Source: an uncultured Candidatus Rokubacteria bacterium
GTDB taxonomy: Bacteria; Methylomirabilota; Methylomirabilia; Rokubacteriales; DASRDR01
Direction: 5' to 3'
DNA length: 64,000 bases
NCBI GenBank assembly: GCA_963708025.1
Contig: CAVPSB010000024.1
Location: 1-64,000 of the forward strand
Shown here piece by piece: positions 20,943-29,373 of the stretch. The notes beneath the pieces are model-generated. The model was not told the origin of the DNA. It saw nothing but the letters and a program-made list of their open reading frames with translations, and did no database searches. How positions within the stretch are numbered: position 1 is the first letter of the stretch; each line of letters opens with the position of its first letter. Made by a program: the position numbers and the translations under genes.

Positions 20943-21749
20943 TCACCGCGGCGAGGGTGGGCCCCCGCCGGGTCGCCGGTCGAAGAGGAGGCTCTGCGCG
21001 CAGGACCCGAACGGGCCCCCGGCATCGAGCAGGCTGCCGAGGGTCGAGCCCGTCCCCGCGTCGCCCACGTGGGTCTCGGCCCGGACCAGGATCCAGGACC
21101 CGACCGGCGATCGCCACAGGGTGACGGTCAGGTCGGCGTTGACGAAGGTCCAGCTCCGGAGGTTGACGACCGCCGAGATCCCGCTCGCCAGGTCCGCCGC
21201 CGAGACCGCCTGGACCAGCGGGGAGTTCTCCTCGCCCTCGACCAGCGGCCGTGTCAGCGTGAACCAGGCCGTCGCCGGGCCCGGCTCGAGGAGGTCACCC
21301 TCGATGACCCGCGTGTCGACGCCGGTGAAGAACGGGCTCCACGCCTTGACGTGGGGCGGGATGGTCCGTCCGGCGTCGGGGCCGGGCGGGACGGCGGCGG
21401 GCCCAGTCCCGGGTGGGGTGACGCCGGGATCGAGGCGGAGAAAGAGCCCCGTGCACCGCGCGACGACGCCATCGTCCTGCACGAGCGAGGCCTCCACGCT
21501 GCGCGCCTTCCGGCCCTCGCGCAGGACTGACAGGCGGGTCGTGACCGGCCGCCGCGAGACCGGTCGCCAGAGGTCGAAAGCGAGGCGCGCCAGCCGGGCC
21601 GGGTACGGCGAATCGACCCGTTCGAGGGCCCGGGCGAGCAGGGCGGCCGAGGCGCTGCCCTGGAGGAGGTCGGGGTCCCAGGGGCCGACGGCCGACTCGG
21701 TCGGCTGATGGAACCCGCCCTCGGGCACGAACAACGGTCCGGCGTCCAT
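20943..21749 (-). CDS. TesB-like double hotdog thioesterase family protein
   Basis: GPWDPDLLQG, FVNADLTVTLWR; ATG at 21749 after gaggtg. Confidence 0.8.
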   Translation of the reverse strand: MDAGPLFVPEGGFHQPTESAVGPWDPDLLQGSASAALLARALERVDSPYPARLARLAFDLWRPVSRRPVTTRLSVLREGRKARSVEASLVQDDGVVARCTGLFLRLDPGVTPPGTGPAAVPPGPDAGRTIPPHVKAWSPFFTGVDTRVIEGDLLEPGPATAWFTLTRPLVEGEENSPLVQAVSAADLASGISAVVNLRSWTFVNADLTVTLWRSPVGSWILVRAETHVGDAGTGSTLGSLLDAGGPFGSCAQSLLFDRRPGGGPPSPR

Positions 21750-21911
21750 GATCACCTCTGCGCGTGGCGCTCCACCGCGCGATGATGCCTCCACTCGGCA
21801 CCGCTGTCGAGGCGCCGTGAGGGCGACCGCGCCGGACCCTCCCTTGACCGATGACGGGTGTCGTGGCATCACGGAGGGGCGACAGCCGACTCCGAGGGGA
21901 GGGACACGAGC

Positions 21912-22952
21912 GTGGGCCAGCGGATCCGGATCGTGGTGTGCGGCTTCGGGCGCGTGGGGCGCGCCTTCGCGCGGGTCGTGGACGCCAAGCGCGCCGCCGT
22001 CGAAGCGACCCACGGCGTCACGCTCGACCTGGTCGGCGTGGGCGAGCTGGGCGGAAGCGTCTGGCAGCCGCGCGGGCTCGCCCCCGAGGCGACGGCGGCC
22101 TTCTTCGAGGCGCACCGGAGCCTGGCCGGGCATCCCGACGCCCGCCCGGGCTGGCAGGGGATCGACCTCGTCCAGGGGGCGGAGGCCGACGTCCTGGTGG
22201 AGACGACGCCGACCGACATCAAGACCGGAGAGCCCGCGCTCGGCCACGTCCGGGCGGCGCTCGGCCGCGGGATGCACGTCGCCAGCGCCAACAAGGGCCC
22301 CTTCATCCACCACTACCGCGAGCTGCGCGACCTGGCGGCGCGGCACGGCGCCGCGCTCAAGCTCTCGGCGGCGGCCGCGGCGGCGCTGCCCACCCTGGAT
22401 GTCGCCCAGGTCTGCCTGGCGGGGACGGAGATCCTGGCCATCGAGGGCGTGCTGAACGGCACCTCGAACTTCATCCTCACCCGGATGCGGGGCGGCCAGG
22501 GCTACGCCGACGCCCTGGCCGAGGCGCAGCGGCTCGGGATCGCGGAGCCCGACCCCACGCTCGACGTGGAGGGGTACGACACCGCGAACAAGCTGGCCCT
22601 CATCGCCAACGTGTGCCTCGGGAGCGACCTCGCCCCCGAGGACGTGGCGCGGACCGGCATCACGGGCCTCGCCGCCGAGGCCGTGCGCGGCGCCTCCGCC
22701 GACGGGAAGGTCTACCGGCTGGTGGGCCGCGCCGATCGCGACGCGGCCGGCCGCGTGCGGGCCCGGGTCGCCCCCGAGGCGCTGCCGGCGGACCATCCCC
22801 TGGCCGCCGTGGACGGCGCCGAGAAGGGGATCACCTACACGACCGACACCATGCACCGCGTGACGGTGCTGGGCGGCAAGAGCGATCCCCGGGGCGCCGC
22901 CGCGGCGCTCCTCAAGGACATCCTGAACATCTACCGCGGAGCGGGAGCCTGA
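21912..22952 (+). CDS. hom: Homoserine dehydrogenase
   Basis: GFGRVG, ANKGP, GVLNGTSNFIL, AEPDPTLDVEGYDTANKL. Confidence 0.85.
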   Translation: MGQRIRIVVCGFGRVGRAFARVVDAKRAAVEATHGVTLDLVGVGELGGSVWQPRGLAPEATAAFFEAHRSLAGHPDARPGWQGIDLVQGAEADVLVETTPTDIKTGEPALGHVRAALGRGMHVASANKGPFIHHYRELRDLAARHGAALKLSAAAAAALPTLDVAQVCLAGTEILAIEGVLNGTSNFILTRMRGGQGYADALAEAQRLGIAEPDPTLDVEGYDTANKLALIANVCLGSDLAPEDVARTGITGLAAEAVRGASADGKVYRLVGRADRDAAGRVRARVAPEALPADHPLAAVDGAEKGITYTTDTMHRVTVLGGKSDPRGAAAALLKDILNIYRGAGA

Positions 22953-24550
22953 TGAACAACGCCGATCTGATCGTCAAGACGCTGAAGGCCGCCGGGGTCG
23001 AGCGAGGCTTCGGCATCCCGAGCGGCAACGTGCTGCCCCTGATCGAGGCGATGCGCCTGGGCGGCCTCCGCTTCGTCCTCACCGCCCACGAGGGGTCGGC
23101 CGCCTTCGCCGCCGACGTGACGGGCCGGCTCACCGGCGTCCCCGGGCTGGCCATCGCCACGCTCGGGCCCGGCGCGACCAACCTGACCACCGGCGTCGGC
23201 TGCGCCTGGCTCGACCGCTCGCCGATGCTCGCCATCACCTGCAACCTCCACACCCCCCAGCTCGGCCGTCGGATCCAGATGTGGATCGACCACGCGACTC
23301 TCTTCCGGCCACTGACGAAGGCGAGCCTCGCCTTCCGCAAGGGCCGGGTGGCGGCCGTGCTGGCCGAGGCCCTGGAGCTGGCGGTGAGCGAGCCGGCGGG
23401 GCCCGTCCACATCGACCTGCCGGAGGACGTCGCCCTGGCCCCGGCCGTCGAGGAGGTGCCGCCGATCCCGAGGGGGCGGCGGCGGCCGCCGGCCCCGGAG
23501 GCCGCGATCCAGAAGGCCGCGGAGCTGCTCGGCAAGGCCCGGCGCCCCGTCGCCGTCCTCGGCGCCTCGGCGATGCGCATGGCCCGCCCCGGTCTCCTGC
23601 GCGAATTCGTCGAGCGGCACCGGCTTCCCTTCGCGTCGACGACGATGGCCAAGGGGCTGATCGACGAGGACCACCCCCTGTCCCTCGGCTGCATCGAGCG
23701 GGCCCGGCGGCAGGTGCAGCGCGAGCTCTTGCGGAGCGCCGATCTCGTCGTCGGCCTGGGCTACGACGTGGTGGAGGTGGAGTACGAGGCCTGGATCGGG
23801 AAGGTGCCGCTTCTCAGCGTGGACGTCGACCCGGTGGACGCGGATGCGAGCGTCACCATCGCGCACGAGGTCGTGGGCGACCTCGACGCCTCGCTCGAGG
23901 CGTTACTCCGGCTGCCGGCGCTCGCCCCCGAGTGGCCCGCGGATGCGGCCCGGCGGCACCGGGACCGGTTCCAGACGGCGCTCCGGCCGGCGGTCTCCGC
24001 CTTCGCGCCCCACCAGGCCATCGACATCGTGCGGGCGCTCCTGCCGCGCGAGGGCATCCTCACCTTCGACGTCGGCGCCCACACCCACCAGATCGGGGGA
24101 CAGTGGACCGCCCACGAGCCGCGCACGTTCCTCATCACCAACGGCTGGTCGTCGATGGGCTTCGGCCTCCCGGCGGCCATCGCCGCGAAGCTCGCGCGCC
24201 CGGACCGGCCGGTGGTGGCGCTGATTGGCGACGGCTGCTTCCAGATGACCTGCGGCGAGGTCGCGGTGGCGAGGCGCCTCGGGCTGGCGCTGCCGATCGT
24301 GGTGCTCGACGACCGCTGGCTGGCCCTCATCCAGGTGAAGCAGGAGCGCCGTCGCTTCGCGCTGTACGGGACGGACCTGGGGACCGAGGACCGGGACGCG
24401 CCGGCCCACTACTTCGGCGCGCCGGCGGTCACCGCCCGCACGCCCGCCGAGCTGGAGAAGGCCCTGAAGGAGGCGCTCCAGGCGGACGGGCCGACCGTCA
24501 TCGAGACGGTGGTGGACGGCGGTCACTACATGGAGACGGTGTACGACTGA
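22952..24550 (+). CDS. Thiamine pyrophosphate-binding protein (acetolactate synthase-like)
   Basis: AHEGSAAF, GPGATN, SSMGFGLP, IGDGCF. Confidence 0.9.
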   Translation: MNNADLIVKTLKAAGVERGFGIPSGNVLPLIEAMRLGGLRFVLTAHEGSAAFAADVTGRLTGVPGLAIATLGPGATNLTTGVGCAWLDRSPMLAITCNLHTPQLGRRIQMWIDHATLFRPLTKASLAFRKGRVAAVLAEALELAVSEPAGPVHIDLPEDVALAPAVEEVPPIPRGRRRPPAPEAAIQKAAELLGKARRPVAVLGASAMRMARPGLLREFVERHRLPFASTTMAKGLIDEDHPLSLGCIERARRQVQRELLRSADLVVGLGYDVVEVEYEAWIGKVPLLSVDVDPVDADASVTIAHEVVGDLDASLEALLRLPALAPEWPADAARRHRDRFQTALRPAVSAFAPHQAIDIVRALLPREGILTFDVGAHTHQIGGQWTAHEPRTFLITNGWSSMGFGLPAAIAAKLARPDRPVVALIGDGCFQMTCGEVAVARRLGLALPIVVLDDRWLALIQVKQERRRFALYGTDLGTEDRDAPAHYFGAPAVTARTPAELEKALKEALQADGPTVIETVVDGGHYMETVYD

Positions 24551-24594
24551 CGCGGGCGGGGCCGATGAGCGTCGCATCGCGTCGTCCTCGGTTC

Positions 24595-24839
24595 GTCGCC
24601 GATCCTCGGCGTACTAGCCCCAATCGGCGATTATCCAGCGCGGGCTGCACCCCTTTCCCTCTCCCCCTCTGGGGGAGAGGGTTAGGGTGAGGGGAAGCCA
24701 TGTCCCCCTATCAACCCTCACCCCGACCCTCTCCCTGGAAGGGAGAGGGCGCGGAGTAGGAGCGGCTCTCGGACCGCTGATGAAGGTGACGGTGCAGTAT
24801 TCGCCGATTGGGGCTCGGAGTACGCCTGCGGTCGGCGAC
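24595..24839. repeat. MITE-like element: ~40-bp imperfect terminal inverted repeats enclosing two CCCTCTCCC...GGGAGAGGG hairpins
   Basis: gtcgccga..ggcgtact..agccccaatcggcga (24595-24630) is the reverse complement of 24801-24839; central hairpins at 24657-24681 and 24727-24749. Confidence 0.65.
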
Positions 24840-24939
24840 TCCCTGCGTCCTAGCGCTGCTCGCTCCTCGACCCCGCCCCCAGAGGACTTGACTCATCTGC
24901 CATGACTTTGGCGCGTCAAGGAACCTGGCGGCTGGCCCG

Positions 24940-24980
24940 CCTCACCCTCACCTCTCCCCCGAGACGGGGGAGAGGGTGAG
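24940..24980. repeat. CCCTCACC...CTCTCCCCC/GGGGGAGAGGGTGAG hairpin (REP-like or terminator)
   Basis: Same hairpin type as 24657-24749; lies just downstream of the msrA stop. Confidence 0.6.
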
Positions 24981-24997
24981 CCAGAGGCAAGAGCCGG

Positions 24998-25652
24998 TCA
25001 GGCGCGGGCCGAGACGCCGGTCGGGCAGGCCACGCCCGTCCCGCCGAGCCCGCAGTACCCGCCGGGGTTCTTCGCCAGGTACTGCTGGTGGTAGTCCTCC
25101 GCGTAGTAGAAGGCGGGAGCCGGGCGGATCTCGGTCGTGATCGCGCCGTGGCCGGCACCGGCTCAGGGCCTGCTGGTAGGCGTCGCGCGAGGCCTCGGCG
25201 GCCTTCTGCTGGGCGTCGCCGTGGGTGAAGATCGCGGAGCGGTACTGGGTGCCCACGTCGTTCCCCTGGCGCATGCCCTGGGTCGGGTCGTGCGACTCCC
25301 AGAAGACCCGGAGCAGCTCCTCGTAGCTCACCACGCCGGGGTCGAAGACGACGAGCACGACCTCCGCGTGCCCGGTGAGCCCCCCGCACACCTCCTCGTA
25401 CGTCGCGTTCGGGGTGAAGCCGCCGGCATAGCCCGCGGCCGTGGTGTAGACACCGTTCGTCTGCCAGAACTTCCGCTCGGCCCCCCAGAAGCAGCCGAGG
25501 CCGAAGACCGCCTGCTCGAGCCCCTCGGGGAAGGGTGGCTTCAGCGGGTGGCGGGTGACGAAGTGGCGGTCGGGCACCGGGATCGGCTCCGCCCGGCCGG
25601 CGGGCGCCTCGGCCTCGCTCGGCATCCGGGCCTTGGACCAGGGTAGCCGCAT
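24998..25652 (-). CDS. msrA: Peptide-methionine (S)-S-oxide reductase; frameshift near 25155
   Basis: [45 protein letters not shown]. Confidence 0.92.
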
Positions 25653-25744
25653 CGCTCGATCCTCCTCGCTGCGCGCCCGGTCATGGGCTCCGGCGGCGGG
25701 GTGGACCGCCGCCGGCGCCGTCGGGCGCGCGCCCTCAGTATGCC

Positions 25745-26632
25745 CTAATAGCCGCGGCCCCAGAAGGAGCAGAAGCGCTCGATGTTCCCGGGAAGGTGCT
25801 GCTCGTAGTTCCCCCACTTCTCGTACTTCGGCAGCTTGATCTCCTTCATCGCGGTGTCCCAGCACTTCCCCTGGTCGGCGGCCGGCCGCACGGCGTCCGA
25901 GAGCTCCGTCATGTACTGCTTCAGGTTGCGGACGTCGTCCTTCGTGCCCAGCCGTCCGCCGGCGTAGGGGTGGCCGGGGATCATCCGGTCCCAGTCCATC
26001 GCGATGACCCGGTCGAGGGAGTCGAACCAGTCGGGCAGGTAGCCGTCGAGCATGTTGCGGAACTGCACGGTCTCGATGGGGATGAAGTCGACCGTGAAGA
26101 TGAGCCGGTCCTTCGGCACCCGCATCACCAGGCTGTTGTCCGAGTGGTTCCGCCCGACGTAGGTCAGCTCCACCTTGACGCCGCCCAGCTCGAGCTCCCG
26201 GGAGTCGCCGACGACCTCGTCCGGAATCACGGTGCTCGGGCGCTTGAGCGCCTCCAGGTGGGCCTTGGCGTTCCGGTGGGCGAGGAACCGGGCCCCCGCG
26301 TCCTTGAAGGGCTTGCCGCCGTCGATGTGGTCGAAGTGATGGTGGCTGTACACGACCCACCGGATCGGCGCCGGGGTGACCTTGCGGATCTCGTCGACGT
26401 AGGTGGTGACCGCCTGGGGCCGCAGGTAGCCGATCGGGTCGGTGGCGATCACGCCGTCCGGGGTCACGACGAACATCGACTGGTGGAACTGGTAGCGGAA
26501 GGCGTAGGTGGTGTCGGTGATCTTGCGGGTCTCGAAGGGCGGCGCCTGGGCTTGCGCCCGGCGGCCGAGTCCCCCGACCGCCCCGGCGGCGGCCATCCCC
26601 ATCCCCAGGCGCAGCATGGTCCGTCGGTCCAT
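25745..26632 (-). CDS. Tat-exported MBL-fold metallo-hydrolase
   Basis: MDRRTML twin-arginine signal; [11 protein letters not shown]. Confidence 0.85.
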   Translation of the reverse strand: MDRRTMLRLGMGMAAAGAVGGLGRRAQAQAPPFETRKITDTTYAFRYQFHQSMFVVTPDGVIATDPIGYLRPQAVTTYVDEIRKVTPAPIRWVVYSHHHFDHIDGGKPFKDAGARFLAHRNAKAHLEALKRPSTVIPDEVVGDSRELELGGVKVELTYVGRNHSDNSLVMRVPKDRLIFTVDFIPIETVQFRNMLDGYLPDWFDSLDRVIAMDWDRMIPGHPYAGGRLGTKDDVRNLKQYMTELSDAVRPAADQGKCWDTAMKEIKLPKYEKWGNYEQHLPGNIERFCSFWGRGY

Positions 26633-26839
26633 GAGTCTCCTCCTCTCGGGGTTCGCAAACGGGTGGCTGGCGGATGCTGCCTTGACGCTAGGGCAACGCG
26701 GACCGGGGCGCATTGGTTCCCCGCCGGTCACCGAGGGTCCGGCGGTACCCCTCGGTCACTCACCAGCGCCGCAGGCTCGCAATTCCACCACCCTTGGGCT
26801 TCTCGCAAACCCCGGGTGCTGGCCGGCGTTCCACTTCGA

Positions 26840-26927
26840 GCCGCGGCCCAAAGGCCGAAGGCCGTCCAACAGTCGCGGCCTCCGAGGGGGGAATCGGGGT
26901 CTTCCGAGACCCCCCCGATGGCCTCAG
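26840..26927. repeat. Repeat carrying the CCAAAGGCCGAAGGCCGTC module
   Basis: gccgcggcccaaaggccgaaggccgtccaacagtcgcggc, then a G/C hairpin, ending cctcag at a stop codon. Confidence 0.65.
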
Positions 26928-27229
26928 CCGCCGGTCTCGTAGACCTCGATCTCCTGCGGCCGCAGCACCAGGCGGAAACCCGCGTGCTCCCAGAGGTCCC
27001 GCTCGGCCGGGCTCAGGGCCGGCCACCGGCGGTCCCCGCGGCGCTGGTCCACCGCCACCGGGAGAGCCCGCCGGCGCCGCTCCTCGTGCCGGCGGTCGAG
27101 GATCACCTGGACCACCGGCGAGCCGGCAAAGGCCAGGCGGAGCTGCGCGTAGAGCGCCTCCCGGTCGCCCCGGACGATGAAGAGCCACCGGGGCACCGAT
27201 CCCCCCCGGCCCTCCACTTCACCGCTCAT
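26924..27229 (-). CDS. Small hypothetical protein with DRR/ERR motifs
   Basis: LFIVRGDREALYAQL...VQVILDRRHEERRR...DQRRGDRR. Confidence 0.6.
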   Translation of the reverse strand: MSGEVEGRGGSVPRWLFIVRGDREALYAQLRLAFAGSPVVQVILDRRHEERRRRALPVAVDQRRGDRRWPALSPAERDLWEHAGFRLVLRPQEIEVYETGG

Positions 27230-27532
27230 TCCCAGCTCCGTCCCCCGCCGGGCGCCCTGCCGGCGGCGATCGATGACGGCCTCGAGCGTTCGCACGAGCG
27301 CCGGCTCGTCGCCGGGGCCTCGCGTGGTGTTCCAGGCCTGCAGTCATCCCGGGGCTGAGAATACCATCCCCCCGCGTGGGCGAACGGGAGTCCGCTTCCC
27401 GATCGGGAGCGCGACCATTCGTGCGCGACCATTCGTTGCGGGTGCTGCCAGGGCGGGCTAGAATGCAGGCTGCAGGCCGCGGCGGGCCGCCCCGGCCATC
27501 CCGCTCGGGTGAGGCGCGGAGGCTCACTCACG

Positions 27533-28642
27533 ATGCCGCGACGGAAGCTCGACCTCCCCGCCGTCGAGCGCCTCTCGATCCTCGACGCCGACGGCCGCGT
27601 CGATCGGGCGCTCGATCCCGGGATCCCACCCGACGACCTCGTGCGGCTCTACCGGACGTTCCTCCTCGCCCGCCGGTTCGACGAGCGCATGCTGCGCCTC
27701 CAGCGACAGGGCCGGATCGGCACCTACCTGTCCGCCCGCGGCCACGAGGCGGCAGTGCTGGGCAGCGTCTACGCGCTCCGGCGGACTGACTGGCTGGTGC
27801 CGGTCTGGCGCGAGTGGGCGGCGTACGTCTGGCGTGGCTGGCCGCTCGAGAACCTGATCCTTCTCTACGCCGGCTACACCGAGGGCATGCGGGTCCCGGA
27901 CGGGATCCACGACCTCCCCGTGTGCGTGCCCATGGGCACCCACGTGCCTCACGCGGTCGGCGTCGCCTACGCCGCGCGTTACAAGAAGGACGGCAGCGTC
28001 ACGCTCTGCTACTTCGGCGACGGCGCCAGCTCCGAGGGCATCACCCAGGAGGCGCTGAACTTCGCCGGCGTACTGGAGACGCCGGTGGTGTTCGTGTGCG
28101 TCAACAACCAGTGGGCGATCTCGGTCCCGGTGGCCCGGCAGACGCACGCGACGAGCCTCGCCCAGAAGGCGATCGCCTACGGCTTCCCCGGCGTCCAGGT
28201 GGACGGCAACGACCTCCTCGCCGTCTACGCCGCGACCCGGGAGGCCGTCGAGCGGGCCCGGCAGGGCGGTGGCCCCACGCTCGTCGAGGCCGTGACCTAC
28301 CGGCTCGGCGGGCACTCGACAGCGGATGATCCCACGAAGTACCGGGATGCCGCCGAGGTCGCGGCGTGGGAGGCGAAGGAGCCGCTCCCGCGCTTCCGCG
28401 GCTACCTGGAGGGCCAGGGCCTGGTGGACGACGCCATCCACGCGCGGCTCGACGCCGAGGCCGACGCCGAGGTGCGGGCGGCCATCGAGCGGGCCGAGGC
28501 CCGGATGCGCGAGGCGCGCCTCGCCGAGATGTTCGACCACGTCTACGGCGAGCTCCCCGCGGAGGTCGCGGCCCAGCGCCGCGCGCTCGAGCCCCACCTG
28601 GGGGACGAGGGCGGGTCGGGCGACTCCGCCTCCACGACGTAG
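27533..28642 (+). CDS. pdhA: Pyruvate dehydrogenase E1 alpha subunit (2-oxoacid dehydrogenase E1 alpha)
   Basis: LQRQGRIG, FGDGASSEG, NNQWAIS, TYRLGGHSTADDP. Confidence 0.85.
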   Translation: MPRRKLDLPAVERLSILDADGRVDRALDPGIPPDDLVRLYRTFLLARRFDERMLRLQRQGRIGTYLSARGHEAAVLGSVYALRRTDWLVPVWREWAAYVWRGWPLENLILLYAGYTEGMRVPDGIHDLPVCVPMGTHVPHAVGVAYAARYKKDGSVTLCYFGDGASSEGITQEALNFAGVLETPVVFVCVNNQWAISVPVARQTHATSLAQKAIAYGFPGVQVDGNDLLAVYAATREAVERARQGGGPTLVEAVTYRLGGHSTADDPTKYRDAAEVAAWEAKEPLPRFRGYLEGQGLVDDAIHARLDAEADAEVRAAIERAEARMREARLAEMFDHVYGELPAEVAAQRRALEPHLGDEGGSGDSASTT

Positions 28643-29265
28643 CGCAGCGGCCCGCCCGGCACCACCGCGTCGAATGGAAAGCACGTGACGAGGGTGAGCC
28701 GCGGCCGGCCGTCCTCCACCAGGACCGACGTGTCGTTCGCGTCGACCACCCGCGCCTCGCGCACCACGTAGCCCCGGCTGCGCCCGTCGGGCGTCAGGAG
28801 GCGCAGCTCGTCGCCGGGCGCCAGATTCTTGAGAAATCGGAACTGGGTGTCCCGGTGGCCACTCAGCACCGTGTTGCCCCGCTGGCCGGGTGGCGCGCTG
28901 CCGGGGAGATGGCCGGGGCCGAAGGCCAGGGTGCGGCCGCTCACGCCCGCCAGCACGATGAGATCGACTCCGTGCGCGGGCGCCGCCAGGCGCGCCACCG
29001 GCCAGGTGTCGGCCCACGGCCACGGCTTGACGGGCGCCCCCGTCGCCCGGGTCTCGGCCCAGGCGCGATGGAGGAGGAACTGGGCCAGCTTCGCCTTCGC
29101 GTAGATCCGGCCGCCGGCGGCGAAGAATCCGATACCGAGTGCCAGCAGGACGAGAGCGAGCCAGCGCGCAGCGCGCGGTCTCAGTTCGAGACCTCCCGCC
29201 CACCCCCCCAGCCCCCCTCCCCCACCCACTGGGGGAGGAGGAGCCGGAGGACGCCATCCCTTCAC
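28543..29265 (-). CDS. Class GN (marine proteobacterial type) sortase; current start lies within a repeat
   Basis: KAKLAQFLL..AW, KPWPWADTWP, LAFGPGH, GHRDT, LTLVTCFPF, LRYVV. Confidence 0.9.
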   Translation of the reverse strand: MKGWRPPAPPPPVGGGGGLGGWAGGLELRPRAARWLALVLLALGIGFFAAGGRIYAKAKLAQFLLHRAWAETRATGAPVKPWPWADTWPVARLAAPAHGVDLIVLAGVSGRTLAFGPGHLPGSAPPGQRGNTVLSGHRDTQFRFLKNLAPGDELRLLTPDGRSRGYVVREARVVDANDTSVLVEDGRPRLTLVTCFPFDAVVPGGPLRYVVEAESPDPPSSPRWGSSARRWAATSAGSSP

Positions 29266-29373
29266 ACGCTCTCAGTTTGGGCCTCCCTCCCACCCCAGCC
29301 CCCCTCCCCCACTGTTGGACGGCCTTCGGCCTTTGGCTGGGGGGAGGGGGGGCCGAAGGAACCGACTCCTTTG
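29180..29373. repeat. Two tandem family A repeats at the target-gene/sortase junction
   Basis: Units start ctcagtt..gacctccc / ctcagtttgggcctccc and end ttcacacgct / ttgcacgcc; the second contains the GACGGCCTTCGGCCTTTGG module. Confidence 0.85.

Noticed and set aside
25745-26632. Metallo-beta-lactamase resistance gene
   Set aside because: Only the generic MBL fold motif is visible
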